Under the pieces are notes generated by a model. The model saw only the letters and a list, made by a program, of their open reading frames with translations. It was not told the DNA's origin and searched no databases. Made by a program: the position numbers and the translations under genes. A DNA stretch of 64,000 nt from a virus. This document shows, one piece after another, positions 29,428 to 38,722 of the stretch (positions are counted from its first letter, which is position 1; each line of letters begins with the position of its first letter). The DNA lies in IMG/VR virus record IMGVR_UViG_3300026488_000010, one strand, 5' to 3'.

Positions 29428-29455
29428 AAATATAGCAGAGAAATCTGCTATATTT
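29428..29455 (-). terminator. hairpin terminator at the end of the - strand arm
   Basis: AAATATAGCAGA-GAAA-TCTGCTATATTT. Confidence 0.75.
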
Positions 29456-30776
29456 ATAAAATTCTCCAATCGTTATTGATTGCTATAAAACGAGTAGCTT
29501 TATTAGCAGCGATTAAATGATAATCTGCTCCTGAACCCATAATATTATTTACGGATTTAAGTATTGGTCCTTTAGAACCAAAAGTATTTGTATAATCAAA
29601 AATTCCAACTTCTGCAAAATCATTGGGGTTTGCTGGAAATGTTATTGTACATGTTCCATCAAAGTTTGGTGTCGAATTTGAGTTACTTAAATTTGACCCA
29701 GTGCTTAACGTAAAAGCATCTCCAGCATTTGAAGCTGTAAATGTTATAGTGTTTGCATCTGATGTTAAATTTACAGGTTTGCCTAAAGCATTGACTTGTG
29801 ATTTAATACCTGTTATAATTTCATCTTTTGTGTCAGCATGATTTGGTATAGTATTTGATTGTGTGAAATTAGATCCAGCACTTAATGAAAATGATGTTCC
29901 TCGAACATTTGCAGTTACTGTAATACTTGACGCATCATTAATGATACTAACAGGCTTGCCTAATGCAACCATTGCATCTTTTAACCCTGACACTATTTGC
30001 GAGATTGTTGCAGATGTAGCTGCTGTTATTAATGCTGCTGACATTTGTCCAGATGTAACAGATAATGAAAAAGCATCTCCTGATACATCACCAACAATTG
30101 TTATTTTATCGGCTGCTGCAGTTGCGGTTACTGCAGCAGCCGAACCATTTATTTGTGAAGTTAAATCATTAATTATATTTGTAATATCATCTCCAGCAAT
30201 TGATGTATATGATAGTGAAATACCATCTACAGATATCTCATATATATCATCATCAACTTGGGTAAATGAATTGAGCTCACGTGTCTCAACGTTTCCACCT
30301 GATGTGTAATCAGCATTGGTCCCTTCAAGTGTTGCTCTATATAATGTTTCATTTACAGCTGTAAATGAATTTAATTTATCAACTTGTTTTGTCCCTGATA
30401 TATAATTAGCAGTTGACGAATTTAAAGTTACAGCATATGTATAATTCTGAGCAACAGTCACCGATGTAATTTTATCTACTTGTGCTATGCGATCAGATGT
30501 GTCTACAAATACAAAATCATCTACTTCTAAAGTACTATGTGTATTTATAACTTTATAATTTGCAGCTTTCCCTCCAGCATTTTCCATAATGAATGCTAAA
30601 TTATAATTTAACTTATCATTTAATCTTTCATCACCTTCTGGGATAAAATATATTCCAGATTCTTCTGCTGCACCGAAATCAGCATTTAACGTTCCGGCTG
30701 CTAGTGCTGCCTTATCTGATGCAGCACTCGATGCATTTCCTGCATCAATATTATTAAATATTGTATCTAAACCCAT
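29454..30776 (-). CDS. tail fibre/appendage-like structural protein with nested repeated domains
   Basis: VFVDTSD...TITFPANP.D..EV.IFD...W fibre-type domain split by three A half-repeats (QVDK...Y...G..YTS) and three B half-repeats (I..GL...NA...IT.TA..G..F.LS). Confidence 0.65.
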   Translation of the reverse strand: MGLDTIFNNIDAGNASSAASDKAALAAGTLNADFGAAEESGIYFIPEGDERLNDKLNYNLAFIMENAGGKAANYKVINTHSTLEVDDFVFVDTSDRIAQVDKITSVTVAQNYTYAVTLNSSTANYISGTKQVDKLNSFTAVNETLYRATLEGTNADYTSGGNVETRELNSFTQVDDDIYEISVDGISLSYTSIAGDDITNIINDLTSQINGSAAAVTATAAADKITIVGDVSGDAFSLSVTSGQMSAALITAATSATISQIVSGLKDAMVALGKPVSIINDASSITVTANVRGTSFSLSAGSNFTQSNTIPNHADTKDEIITGIKSQVNALGKPVNLTSDANTITFTASNAGDAFTLSTGSNLSNSNSTPNFDGTCTITFPANPNDFAEVGIFDYTNTFGSKGPILKSVNNIMGSGADYHLIAANKATRFIAINNDWRIL

Positions 30777-30790
30777 TTTAATTCCTTATA

Positions 30791-33208
30791 TTATATACGT
30801 ACTGGTACGCGTATTTCTTTATGTTGTCCAAAAACATCAATAGTTCCAATAATTAATTCAATTGATGAATTTTCACCATTCAAGTCGACAACTGCGCCAT
30901 CATCTGATTGATCAGAAGTTAAATACATGTTTGATATTATATTGACTTCTAATACACCAGATTGTAAAATTAGTCTCCCGAGGGCATCTGTACTCGTTGG
31001 TGTAAATACTGTGTCTCCATATGCAGTTTTTGTTGAATCGCCTGGAGCTGTTCTATATATTAGAACATATGTATCTGCATCTTCATTCTCAAGTTGATCA
31101 AATTTTAAATCTTTATCAAGAATAACACGTACTTTAAACTCACCGGTATCTGGTAAAATTAATAGGTCGTAATCTAATTGTTTAATACCACTATCAATTG
31201 CAACTTGTTCAACTTTAGTTGTAATCTCTGTGAATATTTCATCAATTTGATCATCTGTTATCGAACCTGGAGTATTTAAATATTTAAACATTTTTTGCAT
31301 GAATGGTAACAATGTATCATATCTTGCATGTTCAACTTTAACCTCATCTAACTGCACATCAGTGTCTGTTTTTAATGTTGATATCAAATTTGTGTTTGCT
31401 ATAATTTTTTCATCAATAGCTGGAAATTCTGCAGTAGCTAATGATGTTGCTAAGGCATCTGCATGTGTTTTTGCAATTGAATTTATTGATCTACTCTCGG
31501 TAGGGTCAGTAGATTCTAAATATGTCAATTTTTGATTTATTGGTTGTGTTGCATCATAAACATCTTTAGCAATTGAACCAGTGGTTGTTGCATCAGCATT
31601 CAATGTTTCAATTGCTAATCTATTTGTTTCAATTTGTGATAATGAATAAGCGTGTTCTGATAAATAATCAGTAATAAAACTATATGTCTTTGGTTTGAAT
31701 CCATCTGCACTTATATCATTAATGAATAGTGTTAAATGTTCTTTACCTATTTGGTCAATATTAATATATGCTCCGCCTGATTCAAAATATGTTTTAAATT
31801 GTGCAATTACATCTGATGTATCAACCAATTGTGTTGTATCATACATTGCTTTAAGTATTGTTGTGTTAAAAGTTAAAGACGTTGAATATTTTAATATACC
31901 TTCTTGAATAGTGTTAGGCATATTAGATATATCAGTTTTATTTGTTTGCACTTGTCCGTTAGTTAGAGAAACTATTGCATCAGCATTATCTTTTACTTTA
32001 CCTGTTTCTAATAAATTAAGATCTGATGCAACAGTTGCAATTGAGGATGTATTTGCAGATATTGCACTATTAGCGTCACCAATACCACTCTCTAACGATG
32101 TTGTACTTGTAGAAGCAGCTGCTTCTAATGTATCAATATTACCCTTTGCTGTATCTAATTCAGTTCTTAATGCTGAAATTAAATCAGTGTGGCCAGTTGT
32201 TGCCCCAGACACTACTTGTTTTAAAGCTGGAACATCTTGTTGTTCTAAAATAAATACTCTTTGGCGAACTCCAGAGTTATCATCAGTTCCTAAATCATTT
32301 GAAATTCTATTTATATCTTCGGTGAATTTTTGAATTTTTGTCTCAATGATTGGAAGCTTAGGTTCCAATGTGTCTAATCTATCATCACTCAGTGCTATTT
32401 CAAAATCTAAGTCTTGACGAAGAACTGCAATATCATGTAGCATACCTGAATCAGATACTGTACCAATTATTGGGATAATACCGTCAAAACCTCCACCACC
32501 AAAAATACGGTTGGTATTTAAAGTTATTTCTTGAATTAACCCAGAAGATTCATTTCCAATAGTATTCTCAATTGCTGTTATTCTAGGAGGTAGTTCTGCA
32601 ACAGTTCCTTGCAGAACGGTTAATGTATTTTGAAATCCTGAACTCACAGCAGCTAGATCAGTAATCCAATCTATATAACTATTAACTTGTTGCACAAGTC
32701 CTGAGTTATCATCACCCACAACTGTATATAATGTTTGAACTTTTTTAGTTAAACCATAAGTTGCTGCATCGTCACCCACCGTTGCTCGGAGACTTGTTAC
32801 TTCAGGTACAACACCAACAATAGTATTGTTGTTTATATCAATACCACCATCTAATTTAATAGTGAATGCTGCAATTGATTCTCTAGTTTCAGTTACTGCT
32901 TCATCTGTTAATGTTACTATTTTTGCAAGTATTCCTGACTCAAGTCCTTGAACCTCATCAGATATTAACTGCATTGATTGTGATACTAAAGCATCTAAAT
33001 CAAAGGTTGCTTGCGCTAATCCACCATCTTGTAATGATTTAATATCATCAACAATATTTGCAAGATTCTGCGACATCACTTCATGATATTTATAATATTG
33101 ATAACCTAGTAATTGTATATTTAAATATTGTACTTGTTCTTTAACTGGTACAATTATATCACCAGTGGTCTGTGTGTTAACAATATATGATTCGTTTGTT
33201 AAAGCCAT
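30791..33208 (-). CDS. fibritin/Wac-like coiled-coil fibre protein
   Basis: Heptad segments punctuated by VGDDNSGLVQQV, IGNESSGLIQEI, LGTDDNSGVRQRV loops. Confidence 0.6.
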   Translation of the reverse strand: MALTNESYIVNTQTTGDIIVPVKEQVQYLNIQLLGYQYYKYHEVMSQNLANIVDDIKSLQDGGLAQATFDLDALVSQSMQLISDEVQGLESGILAKIVTLTDEAVTETRESIAAFTIKLDGGIDINNNTIVGVVPEVTSLRATVGDDAATYGLTKKVQTLYTVVGDDNSGLVQQVNSYIDWITDLAAVSSGFQNTLTVLQGTVAELPPRITAIENTIGNESSGLIQEITLNTNRIFGGGGFDGIIPIIGTVSDSGMLHDIAVLRQDLDFEIALSDDRLDTLEPKLPIIETKIQKFTEDINRISNDLGTDDNSGVRQRVFILEQQDVPALKQVVSGATTGHTDLISALRTELDTAKGNIDTLEAAASTSTTSLESGIGDANSAISANTSSIATVASDLNLLETGKVKDNADAIVSLTNGQVQTNKTDISNMPNTIQEGILKYSTSLTFNTTILKAMYDTTQLVDTSDVIAQFKTYFESGGAYINIDQIGKEHLTLFINDISADGFKPKTYSFITDYLSEHAYSLSQIETNRLAIETLNADATTTGSIAKDVYDATQPINQKLTYLESTDPTESRSINSIAKTHADALATSLATAEFPAIDEKIIANTNLISTLKTDTDVQLDEVKVEHARYDTLLPFMQKMFKYLNTPGSITDDQIDEIFTEITTKVEQVAIDSGIKQLDYDLLILPDTGEFKVRVILDKDLKFDQLENEDADTYVLIYRTAPGDSTKTAYGDTVFTPTSTDALGRLILQSGVLEVNIISNMYLTSDQSDDGAVVDLNGENSSIELIIGTIDVFGQHKEIRVPVRI

Positions 33209-33209
33209 T

Positions 33210-34370
33210 TTAACTCCTTAGTCTATTAATTTCTTCATCTATCCATCTTAGTACTTGTACTCTAGTTACTGATGGAAATTCATTATCTAGAAAGTTTTGT
33301 ATGAGATTTGCAATTAAATTATCTGATCCTTCAAATAATTCTTGCTTTAAAATATTGAAATAACCTTCAATTATATTCTGCATATCTATTGCTATGAATT
33401 CATCTTTAAATTTTTGGAAAGATGTATTTATAGCATTTTGCATTAGTGTATTATAATTAGATGTCATATAATTTTGAACTTGTTCAATAATTAACCCATC
33501 ATAGTTTAAATCAAATATTTCATCTCGCAATTCATTAAATTTATTAATCACCATTTCATCAATTTGAATCGCAATTAAATCATCTTTAAATCTGTCAAAC
33601 ATCTCTTGAATTTTATCAGGAGTTAATGCTCTTAAAATTAGATATTTCAATTCTATTTCTTTATCGATTAATATTTTAATTTCATTAATTGAAAACACTT
33701 GTTCAATATCTTTACTATCATTATCTAATAGTACCTGAACTGCAGCGATATCATCATCACATAAAAAATCTATATATGGTTTCAATCTATGTAAAATACT
33801 CAACATTTCATCATATGTTAAAATGTGAATCATATCTTTTGGTGAATCTAATATTAATTCTGCTTTTTGAAATGATATGAATCTATGAATCTGCATTAGC
33901 TCCCATAAATAATCATCAGTGTAATTGGTAACTGTTTTATTATCAACTATCAATTCTGGATTCTCATGAATAACTTTTATAATTGAATCTAATAATCCAT
34001 TGCGCTCCAAATCAATAATATCTGGAACTTGCATTCTATATAAATAATTTTTTAATAAAAGTTGTTGTATTTCGTTCATTAAAATATAATCATATATTTT
34101 AGTCTTATCGTTTAATAATCTTTGATATTTGTAATCACTAATATATTCCATTTCCAGAGCTTGTTTAAAAAATATCTGAAATTCATAATCCGTAAAAATA
34201 TTTAACAAATCTGCTGGATTATCTATACCAGCTTTAACATGCTCTTGATTTAGAATGATATATTCACGGTCATATTTGATACGCTCATCAATTATTAAAT
34301 TAATGGAATTCTGATTATAAAATGTTACAGTATCTCTTAACTGAAAATCTAGTTCGTGTCTATATGCCAT
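33210..34370 (-). CDS. hypothetical helical protein (386 aa)
   Basis: Long ORF in the structural operon with AAGGA RBS. Confidence 0.65.
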   Translation of the reverse strand: MAYRHELDFQLRDTVTFYNQNSINLIIDERIKYDREYIILNQEHVKAGIDNPADLLNIFTDYEFQIFFKQALEMEYISDYKYQRLLNDKTKIYDYILMNEIQQLLLKNYLYRMQVPDIIDLERNGLLDSIIKVIHENPELIVDNKTVTNYTDDYLWELMQIHRFISFQKAELILDSPKDMIHILTYDEMLSILHRLKPYIDFLCDDDIAAVQVLLDNDSKDIEQVFSINEIKILIDKEIELKYLILRALTPDKIQEMFDRFKDDLIAIQIDEMVINKFNELRDEIFDLNYDGLIIEQVQNYMTSNYNTLMQNAINTSFQKFKDEFIAIDMQNIIEGYFNILKQELFEGSDNLIANLIQNFLDNEFPSVTRVQVLRWIDEEINRLRS

Positions 34371-34390
34371 TAGTCATTCCTTATCTTATT

Positions 34391-36748
34391 TTATTTTATT
34401 TTGATTTCTAATGTGATTGAGTTATAATCGAAGAAGAAATATGGTGGTACGAAGTTTACAATATCTATAAGATTGATAGATGAACCTAACTCTTTATCCA
34501 TTTTATCATAAATAACTGTGGCATTGTGGGTACTAAAAACTTTAGGACTTAATACATCAATATTTTTAACCATTGAATAGTCAATAGATATTTCTTTTTC
34601 TAAAATTGTTTCATAAAACTCTGTCTCAAACCCTTCAGCTTTTCTCAACGTTTTATAAATGGTGCTTTTCAGATCAAATTCCAATTCTTCAACTGTTTCA
34701 TAATCTGATAATTGGTATTGATGTTTATCAACAATTATATCAATTATAATTTGATTTCTAGTTGTGAGTAGATCCCCATTTGCATTCTGATCAATAATAA
34801 AATCTTTGTATAATGGATCAATAAAAATAGTATTATAAAAAGATTGCGTAATTCCAATATTGAATGCAACATTTTTTACATCTTCTTGTACTCTAAAGAA
34901 CTTATCTAATTTTGTAAATAGTCTCGAAATATTTGAAAGTTTAAGATAATTAATATCTAAAAATGGTAAATGCAATATGTGTCTAATTTCATTAGTTGTA
35001 TCCAATCTATCAAGTTCCGTATAATAGAAATGATCTTGTTTAAATACTAATTGGTTATATGAACCGACTGAAAAATATGTTAGGATAGGTAATTCATTAT
35101 GTAATATTTCAACAGTAAAGTTATTAATATCTTCTTCTAATAAACAATACTCATCTAAAAAACGTTGATTGATAACTGCTTTGAACTGATTATGAATGTT
35201 TAATTCAACGTCAAATAAATTATTTGAGATTCTATAAGTGTATAATGTGTTATAATTCAATAATTCAATACGAGTTTTTCTTTCAAAATAATCATATGTT
35301 ATGTATAACCCAATCGCGTTTTTTAGTTTTAATAATCTATCAACATTTGGCGATGTTTTTAATTCTATTTTTATATCAGGTTTAACCATATATGCTGAAT
35401 AGTGATTGAACTTCTTTTTAAAATAAAAAGGAGATATTAAATCCTCACCATGATAATTTATAGTTGGCATAAATAGTTCTTTTTGAAAATCAGTCTCTTT
35501 CATATTAAAAGTACATGTTGGTACAATTTTTTGATTTTTATCTCTAATGATATTATAAATAAAAAGATGATTCTGAGAGTTAAAGAATTTTGCATCTATA
35601 AATGGTTTACCTGAATCAAGGTTATACATTACTTCAAAATCTGAAATAGTTGTAATTGAATCTCTTGTACTATTCTTTGCAATCATCTCTGATTTTATGA
35701 CTTCGATATCTTCAATATCTTGACCAAGTTCACCACCTGTTAATGATAATACTTTTAAATTTGTTTTAGAATCTGTAGTGTATCCACCTTCATCTTCAGA
35801 GATCACTAAAATATCTTCTAAGTTAAATTCTGCAGATGCAACATTTCCTTGTTCGCCTTTTGTTAATTTGGTCTCAACGATAATTTGATCACCTGGTTCA
35901 AGTTTACGACCATTGATGCCATCACCAATTGTAAATATTAATTGATTTTCTGAAATTTTTAAATATAAGTTATCTTCGAACTGACTTGCATTGAATTTAT
36001 TATATTTTATATTCATCGATTTTAAATCGATATATGAATTAATGTTATTAGTTGATAAACTATGTAGTTTGCTGATCTGTATGGGTTCTTTTAAATGAGC
36101 TTCTCTACGGATCCAGGCATTGATTTGAAATATATCATCAATTGATGGAATATCAATACTAAATGTAAAATTTTCTCCAATATTGTAGTCTGGAATATTG
36201 ACAGTTCTAAAAGCTCTTTTATATTGTCTTAGTCCAGTGTACTCCACTAGATACATATTCAATGTATCATTTAAAGGATTTTTTACTTTAGTAACTTCTA
36301 GATCATTAATCTCTGTATCCGAATATCGTTTTGCGGTAACAACTGTATTATTAACATAAATTTTGATATCTTCTTCTAATGTGTATTCAAAACCGTTCGC
36401 GTCGGCAAAATCTGTCTGTCTACCAATATCATAAGTTAATACTTCTGATTCTCTTAATCTAAATTCTGGAATCAAGAATGATATTTGCATATATGCTGGT
36501 GTTCCGAATGTGATATTGTAATTTAATATTGATGAATGAAATAGTAACGAACTAAATTCTGTTGCTGTTGCTGGATTCATTTCTCTGAGAAGTTTATTAT
36601 AATAAATAGCATTATCATATTTTATATTTGCAAAAATATTTACAAGTGTTCCTAATGCTCCAGTCTTGAGTAATGCTGGATTAGAAACCTTCAAATGCTC
36701 TCTGAAAATCTCTTCATAATCTGTTAATGTATCAGTAATACTTTTCAT
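34391..36748 (-). CDS. gp6: baseplate wedge subunit (gp6/baseplate J-like)
   Basis: LREMNPATATEFSSL...LNY, GDGINGRKL.PGD.I.V....TKGEQGN, GG...EDIE.IK, R.SITTISDFE. Confidence 0.8.
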   Translation of the reverse strand: MKSITDTLTDYEEIFREHLKVSNPALLKTGALGTLVNIFANIKYDNAIYYNKLLREMNPATATEFSSLLFHSSILNYNITFGTPAYMQISFLIPEFRLRESEVLTYDIGRQTDFADANGFEYTLEEDIKIYVNNTVVTAKRYSDTEINDLEVTKVKNPLNDTLNMYLVEYTGLRQYKRAFRTVNIPDYNIGENFTFSIDIPSIDDIFQINAWIRREAHLKEPIQISKLHSLSTNNINSYIDLKSMNIKYNKFNASQFEDNLYLKISENQLIFTIGDGINGRKLEPGDQIIVETKLTKGEQGNVASAEFNLEDILVISEDEGGYTTDSKTNLKVLSLTGGELGQDIEDIEVIKSEMIAKNSTRDSITTISDFEVMYNLDSGKPFIDAKFFNSQNHLFIYNIIRDKNQKIVPTCTFNMKETDFQKELFMPTINYHGEDLISPFYFKKKFNHYSAYMVKPDIKIELKTSPNVDRLLKLKNAIGLYITYDYFERKTRIELLNYNTLYTYRISNNLFDVELNIHNQFKAVINQRFLDEYCLLEEDINNFTVEILHNELPILTYFSVGSYNQLVFKQDHFYYTELDRLDTTNEIRHILHLPFLDINYLKLSNISRLFTKLDKFFRVQEDVKNVAFNIGITQSFYNTIFIDPLYKDFIIDQNANGDLLTTRNQIIIDIIVDKHQYQLSDYETVEELEFDLKSTIYKTLRKAEGFETEFYETILEKEISIDYSMVKNIDVLSPKVFSTHNATVIYDKMDKELGSSINLIDIVNFVPPYFFFDYNSITLEIKIK

Positions 36749-36772
36749 GAATCTCCTTTATTTTTTATTTAG

Positions 36773-36780
36773 TATTTGTT
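36773..36780 (-). promoter_or_regulatory. candidate late promoter AACAAATA
   Basis: 25 nt upstream of the gp6-like start, between terminator and RBS. Confidence 0.55.
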
Positions 36781-36790
36781 CCGACAAGAA

Positions 36791-36822
36791 ATTTCCCTAA
36801 GGCTTATAAGCCTTAGGGAAAT
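36791..36822. terminator. 32-bp perfect palindrome, probable terminator closing the two-component cassette
   Basis: ATTTCCCTAAGGCTTATAAGCCTTAGGGAAAT just after the stop of 36835..37167. Confidence 0.75.
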
Positions 36823-36834
36823 GTTTATATATCG

Positions 36835-37167
36835 TTATTTTCCTCGAATTGCGGCGATAGTTCCACCACCAAAATAAAAGGATGTGACAGCTAGCATAAC
36901 TAACCCAACGTTAAACGCTGTAGCTATAGTTATTAGCTCTTTTATACTAATACCGTAATATTGATATACCAACGATAAAATAATTGCAAATATGTATGTT
37001 ATTATGATGATTAGCGCCATTAGTCTTTGTGCAATTTTAAATGATGTGTACTCTTCAAATAGTGATACAATCATTTCTTCTTTTTTTTCATCTGATATTT
37101 TCAATTCCTGAATAACTTTAAGTTGTTCAGTCATATATTTTTTTGTACCAAATATTTTATTAAACAT
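36835..37167 (-). CDS. small membrane protein, holin-like
   Basis: Two hydrophobic helices, terminal FYFGG and a basic C-terminus. Confidence 0.55.
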   Translation of the reverse strand: MFNKIFGTKKYMTEQLKVIQELKISDEKKEEMIVSLFEEYTSFKIAQRLMALIIIITYIFAIILSLVYQYYGISIKELITIATAFNVGLVMLAVTSFYFGGGTIAAIRGK

Positions 37168-37178
37168 TATAATCCTTT

Positions 37179-38375
37179 TTAAAATAGATAATCTAATCTA
37201 AAGTATATTTTATGGGCATATGTATTAACATCTTTTACGGAGTTACCACCTTTCAATTTTTGATAATCAAATATTGAATATTTATAATTTATAGATGCTT
37301 TAATCTTTGGAGTAATAGTGATACCAGTATAAACCTTATATGATGATCCTAAATCTCCCCATGAATATTCATTAGTTGATATTTCATCTGTTACTAATGA
37401 TACCCAGTACTTCGAGGCATAAAAGAATTCAGTACCAATAAATAATTCGTTATTTATTATATCTATATCCTTTTTTGCTCCCAATAATAATGAGTGTCCT
37501 AATCTATCATCTTCTTTTGAAATTTTAACACCTGGTGCAGATACCTCATGTCCTGATGTTAATCTTGTACCATCAAATTTTGTCTGACTCAATGCAAATA
37601 TACCATAGAATAAGTTTCCTGAATATTCACGATTATCATATACATATCCAACACCAATGTTATCCAATGTTCCTAATTCTGCATGCTCTACTGATGACAA
37701 ACTTTCAACTGTATCGTAAATTATCTTTGCATGTGATGCATTAAATCTTACAGTGTGTTTATCATAAGTTTTTGATGCAAATAAAAACGATATATCCGAA
37801 CCTTCTTGTGAGTGCTCATATCGATTAGTTGGTACCAACTCTAGCCTTGTATGTGACGCATATCCTACTTGTATTTTATAATCATTAATATATTTTGTAT
37901 AAAATATACCTGGCATGTTTATATAATATAAAGTCATTAATCCTTCTGATTGTCTTAGACCCGATTTGGTATATTCTGAAAATGCACCTTTCTTAAAAGA
38001 TAATATACCAATTGTTGCGATATCATTTTCTGTTAATTTATAATTAATAGTTGCTTCCGAAACCTCAACAAAATGTTGCTCAAGGACGGGTGCATTATAT
38101 GTTCTCGAGTATCTATCAGTAATAGCAGTAAATGCTACTGCTGATGTCATATAAAAATTATCCATATAATAATCATTATATGATGTTAGATGTATATTAT
38201 ATCCTGAACCTTCTAAGTCTTGTTCACTGTTAGTTTTATAGCAAAATTTGTTTCCAGTTGCGGAACCAGTTACAAATTCAAAATAATTTGTATTTTTATA
38301 ATCATTAGCAAAACTAATTGACGATAGAAATGTTAAGTTTGCCAAGGTTATAAAAACTAAAAATAATTTTTTCAT
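37179..38375 (-). CDS. outer-membrane beta-barrel (porin-like) protein
   Basis: Sec signal peptide MKKLFLVF...SISFA, alternating amphipathic aromatic-rich strands, C-terminal beta-signal KIYFRLDYLF. Confidence 0.75.
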   Translation of the reverse strand: MKKLFLVFITLANLTFLSSISFANDYKNTNYFEFVTGSATGNKFCYKTNSEQDLEGSGYNIHLTSYNDYYMDNFYMTSAVAFTAITDRYSRTYNAPVLEQHFVEVSEATINYKLTENDIATIGILSFKKGAFSEYTKSGLRQSEGLMTLYYINMPGIFYTKYINDYKIQVGYASHTRLELVPTNRYEHSQEGSDISFLFASKTYDKHTVRFNASHAKIIYDTVESLSSVEHAELGTLDNIGVGYVYDNREYSGNLFYGIFALSQTKFDGTRLTSGHEVSAPGVKISKEDDRLGHSLLLGAKKDIDIINNELFIGTEFFYASKYWVSLVTDEISTNEYSWGDLGSSYKVYTGITITPKIKASINYKYSIFDYQKLKGGNSVKDVNTYAHKIYFRLDYLF

Positions 38376-38695
38376 TTTTTAACTCCTATCCCTCTTGTTA
38401 ATTTGTCAATGTTAAATCCTTTGCTGATTAAACATTGACCTACAATTTTTTTATCATATATTGAAATATCTTTTATATATAATGATAACTGATCATTATT
38501 TATTGTTCGCTTCCAACCTCGTATCGATCTAATTGACGGATCAATATCATATTTCTTCATCATCTTATCACATCTATTTGCAACAGCGTAATAAGATTCA
38601 ATTCTTCCATCAGCATATGAATCAGCATTTAATGTTATTGATGTCATTGATAATGTGAATATTATATTAGCGATTATAAAAAATAATTTCTTCAT
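38372..38695 (-). CDS. small secreted/periplasmic protein with two Cys
   Basis: Signal peptide MKKLFFII...ITLNA|D; two mature-region Cys (NRCD, GQCL). Confidence 0.7.
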   Translation of the reverse strand: MKKLFFIIANIIFTLSMTSITLNADSYADGRIESYYAVANRCDKMMKKYDIDPSIRSIRGWKRTINNDQLSLYIKDISIYDKKIVGQCLISKGFNIDKLTRGIGVKK

Positions 38696-38722
38696 TTGTG
38701 CCTCTCCTACTCCTAATTTTTC

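Noticed and set aside
29195-29435. Three short ORFs (29195..29425, 29214..29435, 29228..29419)
   Set aside because: They are open only because the 33-bp stop-free repeat is a multiple of 3; no RBS, and the peptides are purely repetitive.
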